Of a stretch of 64,000 nt of DNA, positions 31,469 to 42,064 are shown piece after piece. The notes under the pieces were generated by a model that worked only from the letters and a program-made list of their open reading frames with translations, was not told the origin of the DNA and ran no database searches. Positions within the stretch are counted from its first letter, which is position 1, and every line of letters starts with the position of its first letter. Location of the stretch: contig JADJRU010000027.1 in assembly GCA_016712105.1 (NCBI GenBank), positions 1 to 64,000 on the forward strand. Reading direction: 5' to 3'. Source of the DNA: Ahniella sp. Lineage in GTDB: Bacteria > Pseudomonadota > Gammaproteobacteria > Xanthomonadales > Ahniellaceae. Position numbers and translations under genes: made by a program.

Positions 31469-32743
31469 CTAATGGGAAGACGATGTGTCCGCCGGTTCGC
31501 CCTGTGCCACCCGGCTGGTGACGGCAAGATCCGCACTGACGTTGCCGACGGTGGCGAAGACATCCGGCACGAGATCAACCGCCAGCAGCAAGGCCAATGG
31601 TTCGGCGGGTAGTCCCAGTGATTGGGCGACCGGCAAGTTCGTGCCCATGAAGATGGCCTGGCCGGGCAGGCCGACCGAGCCGATGCTGATGGCCGCCGAG
31701 AGCACGACTGCCAGTGCCAACGGAGCGATCGCGAGATCGATGCCGAACGACCAGGCGAGGAATGAGGCGACTGCGAGGTATTGGATCGGGCTCGTGATGC
31801 GGAACAGTGACACGGCCATCGGCAGGACCAGGCCGGTGACACTGCGTGGATATTCGAGTCCCTGATTGCTGGCATCCATCATGGCCGGCAGGCTGGCGAG
31901 GGAAGATTGAGTGCTCGCCGCGACTACTTGCGCCGGCAGGATGGCGCGGGCAAACCGCTGGACTGGCTCACCGCCCAATCGAACAAGCGGATACAAGGCG
32001 AGCGTGATGCCGAAGTAGAGCGCACACAACATCAGCACGTAGACACCCAGCGCCTGCAACACGCTGCTGCCGGCTTCGGCAGCTACCGGCAAGATCAGGC
32101 AGGCCACACCGATCGGTGCGAGCCACAAGACCCCATGGACAATCACGATCATCGTATCGGCGATGGCCTGGCAGAAGTCCACGATCAGGCGCGCTCGGGT
32201 CGCTTCAATCCGGTTCAGCGCAAACGCCACGCACAACGCAAAGACCACGAGCGGGACAATCGCGCCTTGGGCTGCGGCGTTGATGGCGTTGGTCGGAACC
32301 AGTTGCTGGATCCACTCCGCCAGTCCTCCTTGCACCGCGACGGGGGCACTACCGGCCTTCAAGGCAGCGATCAGTTCCGGCGAGGGCGTGAACCAACTCA
32401 GGAACAGCGGCGCCAGCAAGGCCGAGTAAGTTCCTGCCACCAACAGCAGCACCACGAACCAGCCCATCGCACGGCGCGCGATACGACCCGATGCGGCCGC
32501 GCTGCGGGCGCTGTTCACGCCAACGATCAGCATGCACACGATCAAGGGCACGATCGTCATCTGCAGGCCGGCGAGCCAGAGTTTGCCGAGTACGCGTGCG
32601 GTTGCGATGACTTCCGGTGCCAGCCCGGGAGCAACCCGATGGAGCGACAAACCAAGAACCAGGCCGGCGATCAGCCCGAGCAGAATGCGCACGGGCGCCG
32701 AGGGTAGTGGGAACTTCAAGGTGTCCTCCGGGGAAGCTTCCAT
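31469..32743 (-). CDS. dicarboxylate/amino acid:cation symporter (DAACS family)
   Basis: Multi-TM 424-aa ORF with DAACS-like helices (..AGLQMTIVPLIVCMLIVGV.., ..LPVAAEAGS..); last gene of the peptide-recycling operon. Confidence 0.7.
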   Translation of the reverse strand: MEASPEDTLKFPLPSAPVRILLGLIAGLVLGLSLHRVAPGLAPEVIATARVLGKLWLAGLQMTIVPLIVCMLIVGVNSARSAAASGRIARRAMGWFVVLLLVAGTYSALLAPLFLSWFTPSPELIAALKAGSAPVAVQGGLAEWIQQLVPTNAINAAAQGAIVPLVVFALCVAFALNRIEATRARLIVDFCQAIADTMIVIVHGVLWLAPIGVACLILPVAAEAGSSVLQALGVYVLMLCALYFGITLALYPLVRLGGEPVQRFARAILPAQVVAASTQSSLASLPAMMDASNQGLEYPRSVTGLVLPMAVSLFRITSPIQYLAVASFLAWSFGIDLAIAPLALAVVLSAAISIGSVGLPGQAIFMGTNLPVAQSLGLPAEPLALLLAVDLVPDVFATVGNVSADLAVTSRVAQGEPADTSSSH

Positions 32744-33474
32744 GCGCGCCGAACCGTCTCATACGCTCGGTTCGGCAACAGCAGAAAGCGGGGTTCGTGA
32801 CGAGCGTCGAGCCAGCCCATCAAGGTTTCAAGATCAGCTTCGGCGAGCGCCGTGCACCCGGCTGTGGGCTTGTCGGGTGCTCGCCACAAATGCGCAAAGA
32901 TGCAACTGCCGGCGCGGTCGCGACCGGCGCTATTGTGTTCGATGACGAAGCCGAAGCGGTACACGTCGTCATTGGCATGAAGGTCACGACGCATCGGCTC
33001 CGTACTGCCCTCGATGGCAGCATCTCCGACTTCGGTTCGGTCGACGATGCGGTTATAGAGCGGTGAGCCGGGGACATCGATACACCAGTCATTCGTATCC
33101 ATCATCTGGTACGCAAGACCGGTATTGCCGCGCGCTGCAGATCCGAAGGCCAGACCAATCCGAAACAGTCCGGCTGGTGCCTTGCCGTCGCCTTCCTGCT
33201 TGATGGGGCCGTTGCCGGGCCCGGGGTGTAATCCGAGCCCCCAGGCGCTGCCGTTCCGGCCGAGCACTGCAGGCATGGGTTTGCCGACTGGACGCCAGCC
33301 AAACCAGCGTTTCTCGAAGCGCATCACACGCGCTTCAGTGGCGTTCCAGTCTGCACTCGTGACGACCACAAGCTGGTCGCCGCGTTGCCAGTCGACGGGT
33401 GTCGCCCGTGCTGTCTGGAAGCCCAGAATCAGAACCAGGAACGTGACGTGTGCGAAGGCACGGATTCCGATCAC
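32716..33474 (-). CDS. secreted L,D-transpeptidase (YkuD) fold protein
   Basis: Signal peptide VIGIRAFAHVTFLVLILGFQTARA; His/Cys motif ..SCIFAHLWRAPDKPTAGCTAL; GTG start overlaps the upstream gene stop (GTGA). Confidence 0.55.
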   Translation of the reverse strand: MIGIRAFAHVTFLVLILGFQTARATPVDWQRGDQLVVVTSADWNATEARVMRFEKRWFGWRPVGKPMPAVLGRNGSAWGLGLHPGPGNGPIKQEGDGKAPAGLFRIGLAFGSAARGNTGLAYQMMDTNDWCIDVPGSPLYNRIVDRTEVGDAAIEGSTEPMRRDLHANDDVYRFGFVIEHNSAGRDRAGSCIFAHLWRAPDKPTAGCTALAEADLETLMGWLDARHEPRFLLLPNRAYETVRRAWKLPRRTP

Positions 33475-34565
33475 GTGATGGTCTCCAGTGCATCGAAGCC
33501 GATCACGCCCAAGCCCGCTTGCTGCCCGATCTCGATGGCACTGCCGGCAAACATCGTGCCCATTCGGATGTTGGTGTGTTCGCACAGCGCCGCAGCATCC
33601 AGATCCACCCGCGTGATGAGTTTCGGACGCGCCGCTGCAACATGTGCGGCGGCGGCCACACCCAGCGCAGATTCGAGCATGCAGCCGATCTGGCATTCGA
33701 GTCCGTGTTCGGCGCACAGGTCGGCCAAGCGCAAGGCGCCGCTGATGCCGCCGGATTTCATCAACTTGATGTTGACGATGTCGGCGGCCTGCATTTCGAG
33801 CAATCGAAGAAGTTGCGGGATGTCGAACACACTCTCGTCGGCCATCACCGGCGTTGCAACACGTTCGCGCACGAACTTGAGCCCAGCCAGATCATGGGCG
33901 GGCACCGGCTGTTCGATCAGTTCCGGCACGATGCCGCTGCGTTCGAGGGTATTCAACAGCGACACAGTCTGACGCGCCGTCCACGCCTGATTGGCATCGA
34001 GCCGCAGCGCCGCGCGTCCGGCGGCCCGGGCATGAATCAGTCGAACACGTTCGAGATCGGTATCGAGTTCCTTGCCGAGTTTGATCTTGAGCGCCTTGAA
34101 CCCGCGGGCCAGCGCGGCATCCACATCCAACAGCATCTGCTCGATGGAGTTCAGGCTGATCGTCAGGTCGGTATGCAGTGTGGTTGGGGCGCCACCCAGC
34201 GCGCGGCACAGGGGCACGCCGAGCTGTTGGGCCCAGAGGTCATACAGTGCCATTTCGACTGCGGCTTTCGCGTTGCTGTTGTGCACGACCGCGGTTCGGA
34301 TGGTCTGGCACAACAGGAACAGGTCCTCGACACGACGACCAAGCAATCGGGGCATCAGGTGCAGCCGGATCGTCTCGATGATCGATCCATGCGTGTCGCC
34401 GGTGATCACGGCAGTCGCCGGCGCAGACCCGTATCCGAGCAGGCCGGCGTCGGTTTCGAGGGTCAGGACGATGTCCTCGACCGCATCCACTTCGCGTAAT
34501 GCTGTGCGGAACGGTGTGATCAGGGGCGCACGTAACCGACCGAGGCGGTAACCGGTGATGATCAT
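33471..34565 (-). CDS. L-Ala-D/L-Glu dipeptide epimerase (enolase superfamily, YcjG/YkfB-like)
   Basis: MIITGYRLGRLRAPLITPFRTALREVDAVEDIVLTLETDAGLLGYG..KLGKELDTDLERV..LRLDANQAWT..DIVNIKLMKSGG (enolase-superfamily metal ligands). Confidence 0.75.
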   Translation of the reverse strand: MIITGYRLGRLRAPLITPFRTALREVDAVEDIVLTLETDAGLLGYGSAPATAVITGDTHGSIIETIRLHLMPRLLGRRVEDLFLLCQTIRTAVVHNSNAKAAVEMALYDLWAQQLGVPLCRALGGAPTTLHTDLTISLNSIEQMLLDVDAALARGFKALKIKLGKELDTDLERVRLIHARAAGRAALRLDANQAWTARQTVSLLNTLERSGIVPELIEQPVPAHDLAGLKFVRERVATPVMADESVFDIPQLLRLLEMQAADIVNIKLMKSGGISGALRLADLCAEHGLECQIGCMLESALGVAAAAHVAAARPKLITRVDLDAAALCEHTNIRMGTMFAGSAIEIGQQAGLGVIGFDALETIT

Positions 34566-35929
34566 GGGGCGGGCAGGATCCGTTGGCTGGCGGTGAGTCG
34601 GTCGATCAGGGCTTCGCCAGTTTCGGCGAGTAATGGTGTGAGCGGCGTGACGACAACGCCGTTCAGCGGCAGGCTGCGCAAAGTACCGCCGGTTTCGGCT
34701 ACGCGGATCGTGTGGGCATCATGCAGAACCCAGGGTTCGCCATCGACAAATCCGATGAGCATCATCACGTGTCCGGGCAGGTAAAGCAGATCGCCGGCAG
34801 AGCGTGAGCGCAGGTGTTCGAGTCGTCGCGATCGATGCCACGAGGCCGGCAATTCCTGGCGCTGGAAGGTTCGGCTCAAAGCTTGGTCGCCGGTATTTCG
34901 CGGCAACTGGATCCCGACACTGCGGAACACTTCGGAAACAAATCCGGAGCAATCACGTCCCTCGAAATCATGACCCCAGCCGTATCGCTCCCCGAGGAAT
35001 CGAAAGCCCTGACGCAACAGCGTCGAGCGCCGATAGGGCAGGGGCTCGTGGCCCGCCGGCTCGGTCACCGGGATCAACCTGGGCTTCAGCATCAATTGCC
35101 CTTGCCGATCCCGGCTTGGCCAGGTGACGACGTAGTGAGCCAGAGGCAGTTGCCCGGAAACGGCTGCGTCGAGCGGCCAGTCTTTTTGCCAGGGAAGACG
35201 TACACCCATGTCGATGACGTCTGAACGCTGGCTCGCCGGGTCAAAGACGGTTCGAGCCTCCGCAGCATGAATGACCACTGCGGGTTCTTGCCGCTGGAAG
35301 TTGACCACGATTTCCCGTTCGGCAAACGCCAGCGATGACGCAGCAATCCAGGCGGCGTATCGCTCGCTGATCACGAAATGCCAGTTCCGATCCCGCGAGG
35401 TGTGGACGACGGCGACTGCATCACCCGGGAACAGGGTCGATTCCTGAAGCCGATCGAGATCGTGATCGCCGGGTCTGTTCGTCAGGCGCTGTCGGGTGGG
35501 CAGACTGCGCAGGCTGCTGCGTTCGGTGACCAAGGCCCATCGAGGCTCCACGCTTGCCGGCAGTCGGTCCAATGCCAGTGTGCGCTGGAGCTTGCGGCGG
35601 GCACGTTGGCTCAGTTGCCGCCCTTCGACGTCGAACCGTTCGTCCGGCAAGTGCCCGAGTTGTTGAATGCGGGTACGAAGCTGGTCGCCCGGGAGTGCTT
35701 CGGGAATCCGGTCCAACGATTGCATGGACGGATCTTCCGTCAGCACGCGCGTATTCATCACCGCGATCGACTGCCGATCGAGCAGAAGCGCTTCGGCATC
35801 GGGTGTTCGATCGACCCAGTAATCGGCGGTCAATTGCCCGGGTTCGGTGGTCCACGGAAGTGCCGCATCGGCGTTCTGGCAAACGGCCGAACCCATCAGG
35901 ATCATCAGGAGCAAGATCGATCGAATCAT
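34562..35929 (-). CDS. secreted NlpC/P60 family peptidase with N-terminal SH3-like domains
   Basis: Signal peptide MIRSILLLMILMGSAVC; C-terminal catalytic region GWGHDFEGRDCSGFVSEVF..GDLLYLPGHVMMLIG (Cys/His NlpC/P60). Confidence 0.75.
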   Translation of the reverse strand: MIRSILLLMILMGSAVCQNADAALPWTTEPGQLTADYWVDRTPDAEALLLDRQSIAVMNTRVLTEDPSMQSLDRIPEALPGDQLRTRIQQLGHLPDERFDVEGRQLSQRARRKLQRTLALDRLPASVEPRWALVTERSSLRSLPTRQRLTNRPGDHDLDRLQESTLFPGDAVAVVHTSRDRNWHFVISERYAAWIAASSLAFAEREIVVNFQRQEPAVVIHAAEARTVFDPASQRSDVIDMGVRLPWQKDWPLDAAVSGQLPLAHYVVTWPSRDRQGQLMLKPRLIPVTEPAGHEPLPYRRSTLLRQGFRFLGERYGWGHDFEGRDCSGFVSEVFRSVGIQLPRNTGDQALSRTFQRQELPASWHRSRRLEHLRSRSAGDLLYLPGHVMMLIGFVDGEPWVLHDAHTIRVAETGGTLRSLPLNGVVVTPLTPLLAETGEALIDRLTASQRILPAP

Positions 35930-35993
35930 GGCTGGATGGTAGCAATGAACCGATCCGCTGCAGCAGGTTAGACTGAGTGAACCGGAGGCTTGC

Positions 35994-36692
35994 ATGATCA
36001 TCGAACGATGGGCGGTACTTGGTTTGTTCGTGTTGTCGGGATGCGCTTCCGACAGGCTGCATGATGGGCCGGTGCTCGTGGATGTTTCGGACCGGGTTCC
36101 CGACCTTCGGTTGGACATCCGCTACTTCGGTGACAACAACTTCGTCGGCACGCGCATCGATGGTTACGAAGCAGCGAAATGCCTGTTGCTCGAACCGGTG
36201 GCAGAGGCCTTGGCGCAGGTCGAGGCGGACCTGCGGAAGCAAGGCCTGCGACTGCAGATCTTCGACTGTTATCGGCCGAAGCGCGCGGTGGCGCATTTCA
36301 TGCGCTGGGCGCAGGACTTGTCCGACCAACGCGGCAAGTCGCGCTGGTATCCGAATCTCGACAAGTCCGCGCTGGTGCCCGATTACATCGCCGAGCAGTC
36401 CGGACACAGCCGGGCTGACACGCTCGACGCGACCTTGCTTCAATGCGCCGATGTCGATCGCGTCGAAACCTGCGAGGCGCTCGACATGGGGACCGAGTTC
36501 GATTTCTTCGACGTGCGTGCGAATACCGACTCGGACCTGGTCGATCCAGAGCAGCAGCACAACCGGCAAACATTGCGTGCCGCGATGGCTGAACATGGGT
36601 TCGTGAACTATCCCCTGGAATGGTGGCATTTTACGCTGCCGGATCCGCAACGGCCCCAGCAGTACTTCGACGTCCCGATCACTGTGCCATGA
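35994..36692 (+). CDS. D-alanyl-D-alanine dipeptidase (VanX/DdpX-like, M15 family), lipoprotein signal
   Basis: VLSGCAS lipobox; ..CYRPKRAVAHFMRWAQDL..SGHSRADTLDATL..PLEWWHF (M15D motifs). Confidence 0.7.
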   Translation: MIIERWAVLGLFVLSGCASDRLHDGPVLVDVSDRVPDLRLDIRYFGDNNFVGTRIDGYEAAKCLLLEPVAEALAQVEADLRKQGLRLQIFDCYRPKRAVAHFMRWAQDLSDQRGKSRWYPNLDKSALVPDYIAEQSGHSRADTLDATLLQCADVDRVETCEALDMGTEFDFFDVRANTDSDLVDPEQQHNRQTLRAAMAEHGFVNYPLEWWHFTLPDPQRPQQYFDVPITVP

Positions 36693-36699
36693 GGCGTCG

Positions 36700-37232
36700 T
36701 GGCTGAAGCCGCCGGGATGACAAGCGGAGGGGCCGGCGAAAACGGGCCTTTGAGCGCTCGCGCCACATTCCAAGTCCGTCATTCCCGCGCAAGCGGGAAA
36801 CCACTCGGGTGCCACACGACTCAAGTCTGGTCGCATCGAGTGGATTCCCGCTTGCGCGGGGATGACGAGGGGAGAGGGAGTAACCGAAAAGGCGACAAGT
36901 AGCTTGACAGCCACCGACATCGTGGAGGGCTGTGGCCAGTCCGATACTTCGTCGCATCGCGGCTAAAGCCGCTCCCACAGGGTCAGGGTCGCCGCATCCT
37001 TCCAGCTGTGGGAGCGGCTTTAGCCGCGAATGCGACATTGTCTAAACCGTGCAAGCCCTCCCCGATGTTCGGGGAGGGTTGGGAGGGGTTAGGCAAACAC
37101 TTCGCCCTTGTGCTTCGCAAAGCGAAGCACAAGGAGCGGTGGTCTCAACCGATCGATGCGTTGTGTTGCATCGACCGGTTGAGACCGCCGCGGCTTCAGC
37201 CGCGATGCCGCGATGCCGCGAGCTATCTGGCT
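36700..37232. repeat. composite REP/MITE-like intergenic repeat locus 3 (modules A, D, D', B, C, D'')
   Basis: Module A near-identical to 18850-18990; palindrome gcggctaaagccgctcccacag..ctgtgggagcggctttagccgc; module B identical to 19170-19250; module C identical to 30540-30600. Confidence 0.8.
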
Positions 37233-38522
37233 TCAGTATGAAATGGCCGCCTTCAGCGCATCGAGTCCAACGTCGATCCGTTGCGCCGACGCAGGTCGTT
37301 CCAGCCACGGCCGCAACGATTCCGGGACGGGCACTGTCAACCCCAATAGCGGCTCGACGACATCGGCAAACTTCGCGGGGTGGGCTGTTGCGACGATCGC
37401 GAATGAACGAATGTCGCCCTCGGCTCGACGATGCGCGAGCAACTCGGCGGCCGTCGCCGTGTGGGGGCAGATGATTTCGCCGAACTGCTCATGAAACACT
37501 TGGATGCGGCTTCGAATCGCTTCATCGCCGACTGCTTCACTGGTGAGGTCGGCCAGCAGGCTCTGGTCATCCCGCGCGAGGTGGATCAGGCGTTCAATAT
37601 TGCTTGGCGCGCCGACATCCATCGCGTTTGCGATGGTCGCGCGTGTGGCTTGCGGCTGGTAAATGCCTGTTCGCACATAGTCGGCCAGAACGTGGTTCGC
37701 GTTCGTGCTGATGGCCACACTACCGATCGGCAGGCCGATCCGGCGTGCCAGCAGGCAAGCCAGCGCATTGCCAAGATTGCCGCTGGGGATGACGAAGTTC
37801 AGTGACTCGCCGGTAGCACGATGGAAAGACAGGGCAGACTCGACGTAATAGACCATCTGCGGCAACAGTCGACCCAGGCTGATCGAGTTGGCCGAGGTCA
37901 TGTTGAGACGCTGCACCAGGCCACGATCGGCCAGTGCCGCCTTCGCCATCGCCTGGCAGTCATCAAAACTGCCGGCAACACGCAGGCTGGTGATGTTGTC
38001 ACCGAAGCAACTGAGCAGATGTGCCTGACGCGCCGACACGCGGCCGTCAGGGAACAGGATGATGACCTTGAACCCGGGCCGGCGATGAAATGCGGTCGCG
38101 ACGGCCGAGCCGGTGTCCCCTGATGTGGCCACCAGGATCGTGGTGTCGCGATCGGTTTCGCGATTCAGGAACGCCAGCATGGTCGCGAGGAAGTTCGCGC
38201 CCACATCCTTGAAGGCACCGCTGGGCCCATGGAACAGCTCCAGCAAGTGTGTGTTGCCGTCGCGAAGCGCGTGCAGCGGTGTGGGGACGGTGAACGCCTG
38301 GTCACACAGTTCGGAAAACGAATCGGCAAACGTCGAACCGGCAAAGAACTCACCCAGCAGCCGCTCGGCGATTCCTGGTGTGGTGTGGCAGTCCGAGAAG
38401 TCGCTTGCGTCAAGTCGTGGCCAGCGTTCGGGCAGGAACAGTCCGCCATCGGCAGCCAAGCCGACACTCAATGCGCGCTCGATCGCGCACCGATCACCAC
38501 CACGGGTGCTCAGGAATTCCAT
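37233..38522 (-). CDS. thrC: threonine synthase
   Basis: [35 protein letters not shown]..; PLP region ..[10 protein letters not shown].. Confidence 0.9.
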   Translation of the reverse strand: MEFLSTRGGDRCAIERALSVGLAADGGLFLPERWPRLDASDFSDCHTTPGIAERLLGEFFAGSTFADSFSELCDQAFTVPTPLHALRDGNTHLLELFHGPSGAFKDVGANFLATMLAFLNRETDRDTTILVATSGDTGSAVATAFHRRPGFKVIILFPDGRVSARQAHLLSCFGDNITSLRVAGSFDDCQAMAKAALADRGLVQRLNMTSANSISLGRLLPQMVYYVESALSFHRATGESLNFVIPSGNLGNALACLLARRIGLPIGSVAISTNANHVLADYVRTGIYQPQATRATIANAMDVGAPSNIERLIHLARDDQSLLADLTSEAVGDEAIRSRIQVFHEQFGEIICPHTATAAELLAHRRAEGDIRSFAIVATAHPAKFADVVEPLLGLTVPVPESLRPWLERPASAQRIDVGLDALKAAISY

Positions 38523-39445
38523 GTGGCCTCCACACGTGCCCCATCGGCATTGATCGGTGAAACATAAGCCTGTGCGACCAACCCTGCATCGGCGAAAGCC
38601 TTGACTGCCGCGTCGCGCGCTGACTCTGCGGCGGCGCGCGAGACGAACCAGCCGAACACGGAAGGGCCGGCCCCGGAGATGGTCGATCCCAGTGCGCCGG
38701 CGTCGAGCATCGTTTGTTTGACCGCCATGAAGCCGGGAATCAGTTCGGCGCGCCGAGGCTCGACGAGCAGGTCTTTGAGACCGGCCCGAACCAGGGTTTC
38801 GTCCTGTCGATACAAGCCGCACAGGAATTGCGCGAGACACTCGCTCTGTCGCACGAACTCGCCGATTGCATACGGTGCCTTGAGTCGCTCGCGGGCAACA
38901 CGCGTTTCGACGACAAGATCCGGATGGACCAGCAGGCAAAACCATTCAGCCGGTACCGGCAATGCCAGCAATCGTTCGCTGGTCGCCAGCACCAGTCCGC
39001 CGATCAGGCTGGGGCCGACGTTGTCGCCGTGGCGTCCGCCGGAGGCAACGGCTTCGCCGTCGAGCGCAAACGGGTAAAGGGATTCGATCGGCAAGGGCGC
39101 GTCGAACAGCGCATTCGCGGCGACGAGTCCTGCAACTGCAGATGCGGCGGAACCGCCCATGCCGGAACCGAGCGGAATGCCTTTGTGGATCGTGAGTTCG
39201 ATGCCGAACGACTGCGGATGAGCCTGCAACAACGACAGCACGGCTTGGCCGGCTGTGTTGCGGGCGGCATCAAGCGGCAAGTCGACGACCGTGCCGGTGA
39301 TGGCCGTGACGCGTACGCCGGGCGCATCGCTGCGACGCGCTTCGACCCGATCACCCACACCGGTCAGCGCATGACCGAGAATGTCGAATCCGACGCCGAC
39401 GTTGCCAACACCCGCCGGTGCAAAAGCCAGTGCACGTTGGACCAT
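38510..39445 (-). CDS. thrB: homoserine kinase
   Basis: [34 protein letters not shown] (GHMP kinase motif). Confidence 0.9.
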   Translation of the reverse strand: MVQRALAFAPAGVGNVGVGFDILGHALTGVGDRVEARRSDAPGVRVTAITGTVVDLPLDAARNTAGQAVLSLLQAHPQSFGIELTIHKGIPLGSGMGGSAASAVAGLVAANALFDAPLPIESLYPFALDGEAVASGGRHGDNVGPSLIGGLVLATSERLLALPVPAEWFCLLVHPDLVVETRVARERLKAPYAIGEFVRQSECLAQFLCGLYRQDETLVRAGLKDLLVEPRRAELIPGFMAVKQTMLDAGALGSTISGAGPSVFGWFVSRAAAESARDAAVKAFADAGLVAQAYVSPINADGARVEATWNS

Positions 39446-39447
39446 GG

Positions 39448-41940
39448 TCAGACTCGCGCACCCAGATAGGACGCCACACGTAATACGTCGGCAAACACGC
39501 CGGCTGCGGTGACTTCCGGGCCTGCGCCCGGACCCTGCACAACCAGTGGATTCTTGCTGTATCGACGTGTTCGGTATTGCACGACGTTGTCCGTGAGTTG
39601 TGCGTTCGCAAAAGCGTGCGACCGCGGCAGCGCGACCAGACCGACGCTGGCCCGGCCGGATTTTTCCAGTCGTGCGACGAATCGAAGTACCTTGTCTTCT
39701 GCCCGGGCCTCGGTGAGTCGTCGGGTCATGTCGGCATCGAGTTGGTCGACCCGGGCCATAAATTCTTCGGCACTTCCTGCGGCCAGCGCCGATGGGACCA
39801 GTGAACCCACCACCACGTCACCCAGTTCCAGCTTCAAGCCGAGTTCGCGCGCCAGGATCACGAGTTTGCGTGCCACGTCCTTGCCATCGAGATCGTCGCG
39901 CGGATCGGGCTCGGTATAGCCGAGCGATCGTGCCTCGCGCACCAGTTCCGAGAACGGTGCACTGCCGTCGAAACGATTGAACAGGAACGCCAGCGTGCCG
40001 GAGAACATGCCTTCGATACTTTCGATTTCGTCGCCCGTGTCGAGCAGGTCGCGCAGTGTCGAAACGACCGGCAGGCCAGCGCCGACAGTGGCTTCATAAC
40101 GGAACCTTGCGCCGGTTGTTTTGGCGGCGTGCATGATCGCCTGATAACGCGCCAGCGGGCCACTGCCAGCGTTCTTGTTCGGCGTGATCACGTGAATGCC
40201 GGCTGCGAGCCAGTTGGGATACTGCTCTGCAACAGCGTTCGAGGCCGAGCAGTCCACGATCACCGCATGCGGCAGGTGGCTGGTGTGGACGTGGTCGGTG
40301 AATTCGGAGAGATCGACACCGGTACGCGGTGCCGCGGCATAAGCCTGTTGCCAAGTGGCCAGGTCGATGCCGAGGTCGGACTTCAACCAGCGATTACTGC
40401 CGGCGATCGCACGGACGCGCAAGTCGAGCCCCGTCCGTTGTTTCAACCCGGCTGCTGCGGCAGCAATCTGTTCGATCAGTGCAGCACCGACATTGCCCGG
40501 TCCGACAATGCCGACCGAGATCGTTTGTGCGGAGAGATAAAAACCGGCGTGGACCGCGCGCAAGGCGCGACGGACGTCGGCCGTATCGATCGCCACCGAA
40601 ATGTTTCGCTCGGACGCACCCTGTGCAATGGCGCGCACGTTCACACGGCCGCTGCCCAGGTGATCGAACATGCGGGCGGCTGTGCCCGGCAAGCCCGCCA
40701 TACCGTCACCGACTACAGCCAGCACGCTGATGTCGGTCAGCACGTTGACCGCCTGGATTGCGCCGCGATCCAGTTCGCGCAGGAACTCGTCGCTGATGGC
40801 CGTGCGCGCCTTCTCGGCATCGGATTCACGCACGACAGCGCAGATGGAGTGTTCGGACGACCCTTGCGAGATCATCACGACGGAGACCCCGGCTTCGCGC
40901 AGCGCCCCGAACACCCGCTCAGCCGTGCCTGGCACGCCGATCATGCCGGCGCCTTCCACATTCAGGATGGCCATGCCACTGGCGGCGGCCACACCCTTCA
41001 CGGGCGGGTTCATGCTGCGACCCGCAGTGATGCGTGTCCCGGGATGGTTCGGCTCGAAGGTGCTGCGGATGATGATCGGGATCTGCTGGTCGATCGCCGG
41101 TGCCATGGTTTGCGGGTGGATGACCTTGGCGCCGAAGTAGGCGAGCTCGCAGGCCTCCATGTAACTCATTTCCGGCACGAGCACGGCTTCGGGCACCAGT
41201 CTCGGATCGGCACTGAGCACACCGCGCACGTCGGTCCAGATGTGAATTTCACGGGCGCGGGTGAGGGCGCCGAAGATTGCGCCGGAATAATCCGAGCCGT
41301 TGCGGCCGAGTGTGGTGGCGCGACCTTGACCATCACGCGCCACAAACCCGGTGACGATGATCCGGCGTGCGGTAGTGGTGGCGAGCCAGGCATCAAACTG
41401 TGTCTGCGAACGGGGCCATTCGACCATCACGCCCATTTCTTCGGCGCGGACGACCAGCACGTCGCGGGCATCGAGCCGCGCCACGGGTTCGTTCTGCGTT
41501 TTCAGGTATTCGGTCAGCAGAAACGACGACCAGACCTCACCCAGGCCCTGGACCAGGTCGAGTGCTTCACGAGCAGGCGTGCCAAGCAGCGCGGCGGCAT
41601 GCAGCACATCGTGCAGGTCGGCGAATTCGGCATAAAGGAACTGACGGGCTGGTTCGGCAGCCGCACCCAGCAATTGCTCGGCGCACTCCTGATGACGGGT
41701 GCGCAGTGCTTCCAGCGCGGAGCGCCAGGACGGGTCACGGTTCGCCGCGGCATGGATCAGTTGGATCAAGGCGTCGGTCACACCCTGCATGGCCGATACC
41801 ACGACGATCTGTCGCTCATCGGCGCGGGCGCACAGGATTTGGGCGACATCACGCAAGCGCTCGGCGTTGGCCAGGCTGGAACCGCCGAACTTGTGGGCGA
41901 TGAAGTTGGAGCAATCCTGCGGTTTCGGGGTGTCCAGCAC
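39448..41940 (-). CDS. thrA: bifunctional aspartokinase / homoserine dehydrogenase I
   Basis: [33 protein letters not shown]; ACT domains; C-terminal homoserine dehydrogenase; intact 830-aa ORF. Confidence 0.9.
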   Translation of the reverse strand: MLDTPKPQDCSNFIAHKFGGSSLANAERLRDVAQILCARADERQIVVVSAMQGVTDALIQLIHAAANRDPSWRSALEALRTRHQECAEQLLGAAAEPARQFLYAEFADLHDVLHAAALLGTPAREALDLVQGLGEVWSSFLLTEYLKTQNEPVARLDARDVLVVRAEEMGVMVEWPRSQTQFDAWLATTTARRIIVTGFVARDGQGRATTLGRNGSDYSGAIFGALTRAREIHIWTDVRGVLSADPRLVPEAVLVPEMSYMEACELAYFGAKVIHPQTMAPAIDQQIPIIIRSTFEPNHPGTRITAGRSMNPPVKGVAAASGMAILNVEGAGMIGVPGTAERVFGALREAGVSVVMISQGSSEHSICAVVRESDAEKARTAISDEFLRELDRGAIQAVNVLTDISVLAVVGDGMAGLPGTAARMFDHLGSGRVNVRAIAQGASERNISVAIDTADVRRALRAVHAGFYLSAQTISVGIVGPGNVGAALIEQIAAAAAGLKQRTGLDLRVRAIAGSNRWLKSDLGIDLATWQQAYAAAPRTGVDLSEFTDHVHTSHLPHAVIVDCSASNAVAEQYPNWLAAGIHVITPNKNAGSGPLARYQAIMHAAKTTGARFRYEATVGAGLPVVSTLRDLLDTGDEIESIEGMFSGTLAFLFNRFDGSAPFSELVREARSLGYTEPDPRDDLDGKDVARKLVILARELGLKLELGDVVVGSLVPSALAAGSAEEFMARVDQLDADMTRRLTEARAEDKVLRFVARLEKSGRASVGLVALPRSHAFANAQLTDNVVQYRTRRYSKNPLVVQGPGAGPEVTAAGVFADVLRVASYLGARV

Positions 41941-42064
41941 GTGAGAACCTTGAACTAGAGTTTACGGATCACCGAATCTAGCCAAGTTTCGTCGAGCATG
42001 CAGCAGGGGAGTTATGAAAGATCGCGGGAAATTCGACGAGGACATTGACCAAAACGTTACCGCA

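Noticed and set aside
36679-37038. 119-aa ORF and neighbours within the repeat locus before thrC
   Set aside because: Same repeat family as above; spurious ORFs created by palindromic repeats.
40129-41958. 609-aa plus-strand ORF
   Set aside because: Antisense to thrA; no recognisable domains.
41941-42064. thr operon leader peptide / attenuator upstream of thrA
   Set aside because: Short ORFs in the interval (for example MSSSNFPRSFI, MLDETWL) are not Thr/Ile-rich; no attenuator evident by eye.
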